Positions 54,508 through 62,973 of a stretch of 62,973 bases of DNA are shown here, one piece after another. Origin of the DNA: an uncultured Verrucomicrobiota bacterium (lineage in GTDB: Bacteria > Verrucomicrobiota > Kiritimatiellia > RFP12 > UBA1067); the NCBI GenBank assembly GCA_946055075.1, contig CAMGEN010000006.1:1-62973 (forward strand), read 5' to 3'. A program made the translations under genes and the position numbers. The notes beneath the pieces were generated by a model, which worked only from the letters and a program-made list of their open reading frames with translations, searched no databases and had not been told where the DNA came from. Position 1 is the first letter of the stretch; every line of letters starts with the position of its first letter.

Positions 54508-57500
54508 CTATTTTACAGGCGCAATTTCCATGGACCACGTGACCGGTGCATTCGGATCGAAACGGTACTTGGACATCGGATACGGTCCGCAGCTGCCGCC
54601 GCCGAGACCGGTCTGTCGGACGTCAAGATCAAGACACACCTCCGCCCGGGGGATCAACGAAGCGCGGAAACGTTTCTGACCCGCAAGATGACGCGCACGC
54701 TCCAGATCATCCCAGGTGTAATGAAGCGCCGTCATGAAGAACGGCTCGGAACCCGAGAAGCGGACTCCCTTCCCGTCAGCATCTGTAAACTCCGCCCAGC
54801 GGACTCCGCACTTACCGCCGTTCACCTGCGGACGCACATACGGCTCGTACTGCTCAGACACCGTCGACTTCCAGATTCCAAAGAAGGAACCCGTACAGCG
54901 GTCGATGTAGTTCTCCCGCGGACCACGTCCGTAATACTTCATGTACTCGAGCGCCCTGTCGAGCTTCATCGAAAGCCCCATGCGGGCGATCGCCGGCGGC
55001 ATCGTGCCGAACGGCGTCACCTTGTTCTCGACCGACAGCGTACCGTCGGCGAAAACGGTCCAGTCCGAGACATGCGTGAAGCCCGCGGACTTACCGCCAG
55101 TCACCTCAACAGAAATCGAAACCCTGGCCGATCCGTCCTCGGCTTTTGAGACCTTGAGAGGACGGGCGTGATACGAAAGCTGGGTAAGCCCACGTGAATA
55201 CGCGCCGCCGATCTTCCGGTCCTCGCCCCAGGCGCTGCCGTCACGCATCCAACGGTCGTTATCGGCAAAAGCGCGATTGCATCCGACCCGCGGACCTTCG
55301 GCAATGATGTTCTTACCGTTCATCACGAGTCTGCAGAGCGTCCCAGTCTTGCGGCAGAATACGGCCTTTGTACCATTCGCCTCAATGGTAACCGCCTTCG
55401 CATCCTCATCAATCTTCGGTGCCTCAGAAGACTGTTCATTCCGCAATTCTTCATTTCTAACTCCCACTTTCTCATTCGTCAGCCCGACCTGATCCCTCGC
55501 GATGATCCATCCCCGCTTCGCCCAAAGAGATTCCTTCCTAGTCGAGAATTCGAAGTTGACGAAAAGTTCCTTATCCTTACCCGTCTTGGCGACAGCGTCG
55601 GCAAGTCCGGGGACGGTAAAGCGGCACTTGGAAAGCGGCTTGAGCTGCGGCACGCCGAATGCACCGCCGGCAACTTTCTCTCCATCCGCCAGCAGCGTCC
55701 AGCGTCCGTCGAACTCGTCCGCGAACGTAAAGCCGAAGCGATTCTCGAGCTCGAAGATGCCGTCGCCGGCCTTACGGACCACGAGATTACGGTAGACGTG
55801 GCCGACCTCGACGAGCTTCGCCGTCACCTTACGGTCGGGGGTAATCACACCGTTGCAGTTGAATGGTCCGTCGTTCGGCTCTTCGTCCCAGTCGCCACCG
55901 TAGGCCCAGACCTTCCTGCCGCGTCCGTTATCGACATACATCGCCTGGTCGACCCAGTCCCAGATGCAGCCGCCGGTCATGCAATCGTACTTGTAAAAGA
56001 CGTCCCAGTATTCCTGAAAATTGCCGATGGCATTTCCCATCGCATGCGCATACTCGCAGGAGAAATACGCCTTGCCAGCGGTATGTCCGGAGATTGCGAA
56101 TCCCTCTCCTCCTGCCGCGGACTCGAGCTTGTCAGCTGTCTTCGCCTCACCGAGCTTGCCACGCTTCTCACACCATTCGACGGACGGATACATGCTGCTG
56201 TCGATATCGGCGTCGGCATTACCCCGCTCCCAGTGGATGATGCGCGAAGGGTCAAGAGACTTCACGTTCGCGATCGCCTTACGGAAATCGTCTCCGTGTC
56301 CGGTCTCATTGCCCATCGACCAGAAAGTGACGGAGGGATTGTTGCGGTAGAAGACGCAGTTGCGCTCATTGCGCTCAACAATCGTCTTCTCCCACTCGGG
56401 GAAGCGGCCAAGACCTTTCTCGCCGTAGCCTGGCTCGTGCCCCTCAACATTCGCCTCGGCGACGACATAGATGCCGTACTTGTCACAGAGATCATACCAG
56501 TAGTGATTGTTCGGATAATGCGAGGTGCGGACCATGTTGATGTTGTAGCGCTTCATCAGCAGGATGTCGGAGATCATCTCGGACATCGAGACGGTGCGCC
56601 CGTTCTCGGGACTACACTCGTGACGATTCACGCCCTTGAACTTAATCTTCTTACCGTTCACTAGGATCGTATTGCCGACGATCTTCTGTTCCTTGAAGCC
56701 GATCTTCTTCGCACGGATGTCATCGCCCTTCTTGACGACCAGCGTATAGAGGTAAGGCTTCTCGGCGCTCCAGAGATTGGGAGAAAGATCAAGGCTGAAG
56801 GTTGAGGTTGAAGGTTGAGAATGGAGGTCTCCAATCTTTTTGTTGTCCGCATCATAAAGAGCAACCGACGCGCCTTCTACACCTACACCTTCAACCTCGA
56901 CCTTCCACCGTTCGTACCCGTCGACAGGCGTGGTACGGACGGTGAAATCCCAAATGCCGTCCTTCGGCTTCGCCCAGAGCGTGACGTCGCGGAAGATGCC
57001 GGAGAAGCGGTTCATATCCTGGTCTTCGAGATAGGAGCCGTCACACCAGCGGTAAACCTCGACGCATAGCAAGTTGGTAGTTGATAGTTGACAGTTGGTA
57101 GTCGAGGAATTGAGGAAAGGAGTGATATTGAATTCAGAGGGAAGCTTTGAATCCTCGGCGTAACCGACGATCTTCCCGTTGACCCATACGTAGTAGGCGG
57201 AGTAGACTCCGTCGAAACGCAGGATCACGTCGCGCCCCTGCCATTCCGCGGGAACTGTGAAACGCGTACGGTAACTCGAGACGGGATTATAGTCGGGCTT
57301 ACCGGTATCGCGATCGAGGATTTTCGCAAAGTCCTTGCCGGAAGGCTGCGACCTGTCAGCGTGGGGATAGCGGACGTTCGTGTAGCCGGGCACCCCGAAG
57401 CCGCGGGTCTCGACGCAGCATGGGACGTCGATCGTGAACCAGTCGGAATCGTCGAAATCCGCCTTCCAGAAATCCTTCGCGCGAAGCTCAGGATTGCCAG

Positions 57501-57702
57501 CCCAGGAGAACTTCCAATCACCGTTAAGCGACATCTTGAATGGCGTCTCGGGTTCGATCGCATCGGTAAACGCCGCCTTCTCTTCTGCAAGCGGCATCGA
57601 ATAGGTGCGCGCCGGCAGTCGGTTGATAGAATTGGCGAAGGGATTCTCCCATTCAGGCGTTCCCGCGGCGATTGCAGCGATTACCGTTAACGTTGAGATC
57701 AT
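54508..57702 (-). CDS. GH2 beta-galactosidase (LacZ-like)
   Basis: FDGVYS, YLEDQDM, GVNRHE, RTSHYP, WSMGNE, CEYAHAMGN and IWDWVDQ motifs. Confidence 0.94.
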   Translation of the reverse strand: MISTLTVIAAIAAGTPEWENPFANSINRLPARTYSMPLAEEKAAFTDAIEPETPFKMSLNGDWKFSWAGNPELRAKDFWKADFDDSDWFTIDVPCCVETRGFGVPGYTNVRYPHADRSQPSGKDFAKILDRDTGKPDYNPVSSYRTRFTVPAEWQGRDVILRFDGVYSAYYVWVNGKIVGYAEDSKLPSEFNITPFLNSSTTNCQLSTTNLLCVEVYRWCDGSYLEDQDMNRFSGIFRDVTLWAKPKDGIWDFTVRTTPVDGYERWKVEVEGVGVEGASVALYDADNKKIGDLHSQPSTSTFSLDLSPNLWSAEKPYLYTLVVKKGDDIRAKKIGFKEQKIVGNTILVNGKKIKFKGVNRHECSPENGRTVSMSEMISDILLMKRYNINMVRTSHYPNNHYWYDLCDKYGIYVVAEANVEGHEPGYGEKGLGRFPEWEKTIVERNERNCVFYRNNPSVTFWSMGNETGHGDDFRKAIANVKSLDPSRIIHWERGNADADIDSSMYPSVEWCEKRGKLGEAKTADKLESAAGGEGFAISGHTAGKAYFSCEYAHAMGNAIGNFQEYWDVFYKYDCMTGGCIWDWVDQAMYVDNGRGRKVWAYGGDWDEEPNDGPFNCNGVITPDRKVTAKLVEVGHVYRNLVVRKAGDGIFELENRFGFTFADEFDGRWTLLADGEKVAGGAFGVPQLKPLSKCRFTVPGLADAVAKTGKDKELFVNFEFSTRKESLWAKRGWIIARDQVGLTNEKVGVRNEELRNEQSSEAPKIDEDAKAVTIEANGTKAVFCRKTGTLCRLVMNGKNIIAEGPRVGCNRAFADNDRWMRDGSAWGEDRKIGGAYSRGLTQLSYHARPLKVSKAEDGSARVSISVEVTGGKSAGFTHVSDWTVFADGTLSVENKVTPFGTMPPAIARMGLSMKLDRALEYMKYYGRGPRENYIDRCTGSFFGIWKSTVSEQYEPYVRPQVNGGKCGVRWAEFTDADGKGVRFSGSEPFFMTALHYTWDDLERARHLAGQKRFRASLIPRAEVCLDLDVRQTGLGGGSCGPYPMSKYRFDPNAPVTWSMEIAPVK
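56797..56905. repeat. 19-bp inverted-repeat pair inside the GH2 gene
   Basis: 56797-56815 against 56887-56905: 18/19 complementary. Confidence 0.85.
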
Positions 57703-57721
57703 GCTGGCGTTCTCCTTTTAA

Positions 57722-58993
57722 TCAGACGTTGAAGCCAAAATAACGGTTGGCATTATCAAAACAGACATCCGCAACGATACCACCAAGCCACTTGATGTCG
57801 TCCGGCAACTGTCCCCTCTCCACCATGTCGCCGAGCAACTGACAAAGAATGCGGCGGAAATACTCATGACGGGCATAGGAGAGGAACGAACGAGAATCGG
57901 TGAGCATACCGACAAAGTTCCCGAGACAACCAAGTGCCATCAGTGACTTGAGCTGCGAACGCATCCCCTCGTAATGATCGTTGAACCACCAGGCGCTACC
58001 GAGCTGAAGTTTTCCTTTGACCGGACCTTTCTGGAACGAGCCGATCAGCGCACCGAGCGCCGGAGTGTCGGACGGATTGAGCGAATAGACGATCGTCTTC
58101 GGAAGCATATCCTGGCGGTCAAGACGATCGAAGATGTCGGCAAGGCCCTTGAGTCCGCCTGCTTCGCCTATGGTGTCGAATCCCGTATCCGGACCCAACT
58201 TCGCAAATCTCGCGGAATTAGGATTACGGATGCAATTAAAGTGGAGCTGACTGGTCCAGCCCGCCTTCGCATCAAGCTTCATACATTCAACCACATAGTC
58301 GGCGAGGCGTCCGGAGGGAATCTCATTAAGTCCATAATCCGCCAGCACGCATCCGCGTTTCGCGAAATAATCATGTCGCTCGGCGAGATGCTTCATCGGG
58401 TCTTTCTTCTTCGCGACAGCCTCCTTAAGTATGCGATCTGGACGCCAAGTGGGAAGCACCTTCACCTCCTTGAATTCTTTCGCAATTACTTCGTGCCACG
58501 CGAGATCGTCATCGGGATCATCCGTAGTGCAGACAACCTTAACTCTCGACTTCACCATCAGTCTACGCGCCGAGAAGCCCTTCTTTGCAATTGCGGCATT
58601 GCACTTCTTCCATATTTTCGCGGCCGTAGATGTTGAAAGAATGTCGGTCACGCCGAAATATCGCGCCAATTCAAGCTGGCTCCAGTCGAAAAGCGGATTA
58701 CCGACCAGCTTCTCCATCGCTCCCGCGTAGGCGAAGAACTTATCGAAGCCGCAAGCGTCTCCCGTGCAATACCTCTCGTCCGTCCCGTTAGACCGCATCT
58801 GACGCCATTTGTAATGGTCGCCGCCGAGCCACACCTCGGCGATGTTATTCCATCGCCGGTCCTCCGCGATCTCCTTTGGCGACAGATGACAATGATAATC
58901 AATGATCGGCTGCTTTTCGGCATAACGATGATAGAGTTCTTTCGCCGTCTTCGTCGCCAGCAGAAAATCATCGTTGATAAAAGGCTTCTTCAT
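57722..58993 (-). CDS. uxaC: Glucuronate isomerase
   Basis: IIDYHCHL, DHYKWR, TTDDP, WWFND and GMLTDSRSFLSYARHEYFRR motifs. Confidence 0.95.
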   Translation of the reverse strand: MKKPFINDDFLLATKTAKELYHRYAEKQPIIDYHCHLSPKEIAEDRRWNNIAEVWLGGDHYKWRQMRSNGTDERYCTGDACGFDKFFAYAGAMEKLVGNPLFDWSQLELARYFGVTDILSTSTAAKIWKKCNAAIAKKGFSARRLMVKSRVKVVCTTDDPDDDLAWHEVIAKEFKEVKVLPTWRPDRILKEAVAKKKDPMKHLAERHDYFAKRGCVLADYGLNEIPSGRLADYVVECMKLDAKAGWTSQLHFNCIRNPNSARFAKLGPDTGFDTIGEAGGLKGLADIFDRLDRQDMLPKTIVYSLNPSDTPALGALIGSFQKGPVKGKLQLGSAWWFNDHYEGMRSQLKSLMALGCLGNFVGMLTDSRSFLSYARHEYFRRILCQLLGDMVERGQLPDDIKWLGGIVADVCFDNANRYFGFNV

Positions 58994-59009
58994 CGTACAC
59001 CCTCCTCGA

Positions 59010-60569
59010 TCAGGACCGTTTAGTAATGTAAATCTTCGCCATATCAGTCTTGTAGCAACTCTTCTCGGAGACGTCGATCTCCTCGAACAGCTTCTCTCCG
59101 GGACGGACCCCGGTGAAGACCAACTTGATATCGACGTACGGACGGTAGCCCGCCTGCGCGATCATCCGCTCCGCGAGATCGACGATCTTCACGCTCTCGC
59201 CCATATCGAGCGTGTAGATCGCCTGCTCGCCGCGGCTCGCCGCCTGCAAGACGAGCGACACCGCTTCGGAGACCGTCATGAAGTAGCGCTTCATCTCGGG
59301 ATCGGTAATCGTCACGAACCCAAGCGTCGCGATCTGCTCGCGGAAAAGCGGCACCACACTGCCAGAGCTTCCGAGCACATTGCCGAAGCGCACCGCGCAG
59401 AATGAGGTCGAGGTGTCAGGTGAAGGTGAAGAATTGAGAGACATTATCGCGTCTTCGGCGGCCTTCTTGGTCTTGCCCATAACCGAGACGGGATTGACCG
59501 CCTTATCGGTGGAAATCAGCACGAACCGCCTGACGCCGTGTTCCTTCGCCAGTTCCGCAAGCTGCTTCGTCGCCTCGGTGTTGTTGCGCCACCCTTCTTC
59601 CGGATTCGCCTCAACCATCGGCACGTGTTTGTATGCCGCCGCGTGGAGCACGATCTCAGGCTGATACTTCTCGAACACAGCGGCGATTTTACCACGCTCG
59701 TTAATATCGATCATCAGCGGCACACACACCCCGCACCCTGCACTCTGCACCCTGCACCCTGCACCCTGCACCCTGCACCCTGCACTCTGTACCCTGCACC
59801 CTGCACTCTGCACCCTGCACCCTGCACTCTGCACCCTGCACCCAGCACTCTGCACCCCGCACCCAGCACCCTGCACTCTGCACCCTGCACTCTGCACCCT
59901 GCACCCAGCACCCTGCACCCTCATTCTCCGGTCGATCTCGTACAGCGCGTTCTCACCGCGCTCGACCATCAGCACCTTCGCCGCACCCGCTTCCGCAACC
60001 TGCTTCACGATTTCGCTGCCGATGGAACCGCCCGCGCCGGTGACCATCACGACCTTGCCCGCGAAGAACCTGCGGGCGACGGACCCGTCGAAGTTCTTGA
60101 CCTTGCGTTCGAGCAGATCCTCCTCCCGGACGTGCGAAAGCCACCAGGCGTGCCAGACGAGACGGACCACGAAAATTCCGGCGGTCACGAGGAAGAAGCA
60201 TATCGCCGTAATCGAATAAGGGGGACGAACATGCGAAAGCGAGACGTTCGGCAGATAGAAGCGCATCGCGGTCAGCACGACCGTCGCCAGCACCGTCGCG
60301 ACCAGATACCGCGGCAGATCCGCCGCGGTCGTGCGACGCCAGGGAATGCGGTAGCAGCCAGTGAAGATCAGCGCGAGAAGATAGACGACGCAGACATTGA
60401 CGTACAGGAGCGCCACCGAACTCCAGCCGCCGATCGAAGTGGGATTCCGAAAATCGAGCCGCAGCAGAACCGCGGAGAAATAGGCGAGCGCTACGATCGC
60501 GGCATCGATGAAGAGTCCGGCGAACCTGCTCGCCAGAAACTTCGCCCAGGCCTCGCGCGACCGCTTCAT
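59010..60569 (-). CDS. CapD/PglF-like NDP-sugar 4,6-dehydratase (polysaccharide biosynthesis)
   Basis: Four N-terminal TM helices; VTGAGGSIGSE, HAAAYKHVP, STDKAVNP, RFGNVLGSSGSV and RPGEKL motifs. Confidence 0.9.
   Translation of the reverse strand: MKRSREAWAKFLASRFAGLFIDAAIVALAYFSAVLLRLDFRNPTSIGGWSSVALLYVNVCVVYLLALIFTGCYRIPWRRTTAADLPRYLVATVLATVVLTAMRFYLPNVSLSHVRPPYSITAICFFLVTAGIFVVRLVWHAWWLSHVREEDLLERKVKNFDGSVARRFFAGKVVMVTGAGGSIGSEIVKQVAEAGAAKVLMVERGENALYEIDRRMRVQGAGCRVQSAGCRVQGAGCGVQSAGCRVQSAGCRVQSAGCRVQSAGCRVQGAGCRVQSAGCGVCVPLMIDINERGKIAAVFEKYQPEIVLHAAAYKHVPMVEANPEEGWRNNTEATKQLAELAKEHGVRRFVLISTDKAVNPVSVMGKTKKAAEDAIMSLNSSPSPDTSTSFCAVRFGNVLGSSGSVVPLFREQIATLGFVTITDPEMKRYFMTVSEAVSLVLQAASRGEQAIYTLDMGESVKIVDLAERMIAQAGYRPYVDIKLVFTGVRPGEKLFEEIDVSEKSCYKTDMAKIYITKRS
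59732..59920. repeat. In-frame VNTR (TGCACYC)x27 in the CapD-like gene
   Basis: 189 bp, equal to 27 heptamers and nine RVQ(G/S)AGC-type peptides. Confidence 0.95.
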
Positions 60570-61213
60570 ATCGCCCGACAAATGAACCAGATGAGCGCCG
60601 GTGCGAAAAGCAGCGAATCAAACATGTCAAGAAGTCCGCCAAGCCCAGCCGGCATGAAGGTACCGGAATCCTTAACTCCTACCCAACGCTTAAACTTGGA
60701 CTCCACCAGGTCGCCGGACGTACCGACGAACGCAGCAGCCACACCGATCAGCAACGCCTTCCAGATTGCGAAACCGGTAACGCCGACAAAACAACAGCTC
60801 ATGACACAAGACGCGATAATCGAACCGAGCATTCCCTCCCAGCTCTTGTTCGGAGAAATCGTGGGACACATCTTATGCTTGCCGAATGCAACACCAAACG
60901 CAAAGCCCCCCATATCCGAAAGCTTAACCACCGCCAACACATAGAGTAACGACAAGCTACCGCCTTGCATAGCAATCGTAGCCAACATCGAAAAAGCCGA
61001 AGCAAGAATCATTATACCCACGAGATTGACGCAGAAACCCTGGGCCGAAATCACGGACACCTTCTTCGCCGCAAGCATGAAGAACTCAACCATCGCCGCA
61101 ATCATCAACACGCCGAAGACCGGCGTGAACCAGTTCGACGGCACATAAAGAATGGCACACACCACCAGCGCCGCCGTCGTCAATGCCGTGACAACTCTTT
61201 TCAAATGCTTCAT
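60566..61213 (-). CDS. cdsA: Phosphatidate cytidylyltransferase
   Basis: ISPNKSWEG, GDLVESKFKR..GVKDSG and GGLLDMFDS motifs. Confidence 0.93.
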   Translation of the reverse strand: MKHLKRVVTALTTAALVVCAILYVPSNWFTPVFGVLMIAAMVEFFMLAAKKVSVISAQGFCVNLVGIMILASAFSMLATIAMQGGSLSLLYVLAVVKLSDMGGFAFGVAFGKHKMCPTISPNKSWEGMLGSIIASCVMSCCFVGVTGFAIWKALLIGVAAAFVGTSGDLVESKFKRWVGVKDSGTFMPAGLGGLLDMFDSLLFAPALIWFICRAI

Positions 61214-61237
61214 AAATTCAACCCTCCATTCTCAACC

Positions 61238-61960
61238 TCAACCTAATCTTCCGCCGAGACGACGTTCACGACGAGAGAACGACGCTATCGCGCGATCGAA
61301 TTCGGCACGATCGAAATCGGGCCACAGGACATCGGTGAAATAGAATTCGGCATACGCCGCCTGCCAAAGCAGAAAGTTGGAAAGCCGCAGCTCGCCACTG
61401 GTCCGCACAATGAGATCGGGATCCGGAATATCGGCCGTGTCGAGATACTTGGCGAACTCATCTTCACGGAGCGGAAAGGATTCCGCATCCCCGGCTGAAG
61501 CGCCGACAACTGGAGCTGCGGTCTCCTGACCGCGCCGTACATACCGCTCCACCGCCCTTACGATTTCATCGCGTCCGCCGTAGGAAAGCGCGACGACGAG
61601 CGTGAAACCGCCGCCCTTCGTCTTCTCCTCAAGCGCGGCGATCTCCTTCTGAAGCTTCGCCGAAAGATCTGTGCGCCGTCCTATCACGCGGAAGCGCACG
61701 CCTTCCTTCACCAGCGTCTTCTCCTTCGACCTGATGAAAGCCGAAAGGAGCTTCATGAGCCCGGAAACCTCTTCCTTCGACCGCTTCCAGTTCTCGGTCG
61801 AGAACGCGTACACGGTCAGGTATTCGATCCCGGCGTCCTTGCAATAATGCATGACCCTGTCAAGGGCATCCGCACCCGCCTTGTGTCCGGCAAGGCGCGG
61901 CTTGTGATGCGCTTTGGCCCAACGGCCATTGCCATCCATGATTACTGCTAAATGTCTCAC
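61238..61960 (-). CDS. uppS: Undecaprenyl diphosphate synthase
   Basis: HLAVIMDGNGRWA, YAFSTENWKR and RTSGELRLSNFLLWQ motifs; GTG start. Confidence 0.96.
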   Translation of the reverse strand: MRHLAVIMDGNGRWAKAHHKPRLAGHKAGADALDRVMHYCKDAGIEYLTVYAFSTENWKRSKEEVSGLMKLLSAFIRSKEKTLVKEGVRFRVIGRRTDLSAKLQKEIAALEEKTKGGGFTLVVALSYGGRDEIVRAVERYVRRGQETAAPVVGASAGDAESFPLREDEFAKYLDTADIPDPDLIVRTSGELRLSNFLLWQAAYAEFYFTDVLWPDFDRAEFDRAIASFSRRERRLGGRLG

Positions 61961-61963
61961 TTA

Positions 61964-62063
61964 AGTTGGTAGATGTTAGTTGCTAGTTGGTAGATGGTAG
62001 TTGGTAATTTGGAATTGGGAGTTTCTCTCACTACTATCAACTACCAACTATCAACTACCAGCT
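61964..62063. repeat. Intergenic heptamer hairpin (TGGTAGT arm / CTACCAA arm)
   Basis: Arm 61964-62007 is complementary to arm 62031-62063. Confidence 0.9.
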
Positions 62064-62065
62064 CA

Positions 62066-62973
62066 TCAGATGTTGATTCTAAGCGTGGTCTCACGGGCAG
62101 GCCCGACGGAGAGCACGCCGAGCTTACCGCCGATGATATCGAGGATACGATTGATATATGCCTTCGCGTTCTCGGGAAGCGCCGCATAATCGGTGATATG
62201 CGACGTCTCGCACATCCAGCCGGGCATCTCTTCGTAAACTGGAGTGCAGTCCTTAAGGACGTCAAGGTCTGCCGGGAAGGTCTGATAGACGAAACCATCA
62301 TTGCGCTTATAGCCGGTGCAAATCTTGACCACAGGGCAGTAATCAAGGACGTCGAGTTTCGTCATCGCCCAGAAGTCGACACCATTCACGCGCTGAGCAT
62401 ATCGAGCGACAACGGCATCAAACCAGCCACAGCGGCGGGGACGGCCAGTGGTCGCGCCGTATTCGCCGCCGCGTTTGCGGAGCTTCTCGCCGTCCGCATC
62501 AAAGAGCTCGGTCGGGAACGGACCCTCGCCCACGCGTGTCGTATAGAGCTTCAGGACACCGATGACGCGGTCGATCGCACGCGGCGAAACGCCGGACCCC
62601 GTGCAGGCGCCGCCCGCGGTCGGGTTAGAGCTCGTCACGAAGGGATAGGTGCCGAAGTCGATGTCGAGCATCGTCGCCTGCGCACCCTCGAAAAGGATGC
62701 TCTTCTTGTCGTCCAGCTGCTCGTGCAGGAACTGGATCGTGTCGGTGACGTAAGGCATGAGCGCCTTCACCATCGGCGTATAGAGCTTGACCATCTCCTC
62801 AGCGTCCAGCGGCTGGGCGCCGAGCGAAACGAGCTTGCGGTTCGCCTCGGCGACCTGCTTACGGACGAGCTCAAGGAAGTTGGGCTTGAGGATGTCGCCA
62901 ACGCGCATGCCGTAACGACCGACCTTCGCCGCATAGGCGGGACCGATTCCGCGGCCCGTGGTGCCGATCTTCT
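62066..62973 (-). CDS. purA: Adenylosuccinate synthetase (5' end outside the window)
   Basis: IGTTGRGIGPAY, FEGAQ, GTYPFVTSS, RVGEGPFPTE and TTGRPRRCGW motifs. Confidence 0.97.
   Translation of the reverse strand, partial: KIGTTGRGIGPAYAAKVGRYGMRVGDILKPNFLELVRKQVAEANRKLVSLGAQPLDAEEMVKLYTPMVKALMPYVTDTIQFLHEQLDDKKSILFEGAQATMLDIDFGTYPFVTSSNPTAGGACTGSGVSPRAIDRVIGVLKLYTTRVGEGPFPTELFDADGEKLRKRGGEYGATTGRPRRCGWFDAVVARYAQRVNGVDFWAMTKLDVLDYCPVVKICTGYKRNDGFVYQTFPADLDVLKDCTPVYEEMPGWMCETSHITDYAALPENAKAYINRILDIIGGKLGVLSVGPARETTLRINI

Noticed and set aside
59732-59920. CRISPR array
   Set aside because: These are contiguous heptamers with no unique spacers, and there are no cas genes in the window.
61470-61540. 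Extra loop in UppS (RRGQETAAPVVGASAGDAES)
   Set aside because: It lies in a naturally variable region and matches none of the repeat classes; only weak 5-bp hairpins are present.

Overview
Gene-dense, GC-rich bacterial chromosomal segment. By gene content and style it is probably a gut or rumen PVC-group organism such as Kiritimatiellae; this is an inference. Most genes are on the minus strand: an L-arabinose cluster (SSS transporter, araA, ribulokinase, araD), thrS, DUF4954-like, hisF/hisH, hrpB, yggS, a TetR-MFP-RND-OMF-FkbH-TetR-FadL cluster, a permuted GH3, epmA, GT2, parA, ychJ, lnt, a U32 protein, lysA, pgpA, nadE, GH78/GH29/GH2 glycosidases, uxaC, a CapD-like dehydratase, cdsA, uppS and a partial purA. 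The plus strand carries tmRNA followed by a four-helix-bundle (TIGR02436, Avd-like) gene, and an operon of two lipoproteins, hisC, paaK, a histidine kinase, a sigma54 regulator and a Ser/Thr kinase. The main unexplained signal is a family of about 35 short degenerate 6/7/8-mer tandem-repeat tracts. They fill intergenic spacers, sit in frame inside housekeeping genes, often occur as complementary G-rich then C-rich pairs on the mRNA, expand to 27 copies in the CapD-like gene, and form a double-hairpin leader between tmRNA and the four-helix-bundle gene. An 89-bp dispersed repeat also coincides with loss of the fadL start. All product calls rest on motif recognition by eye; no database searches were run.
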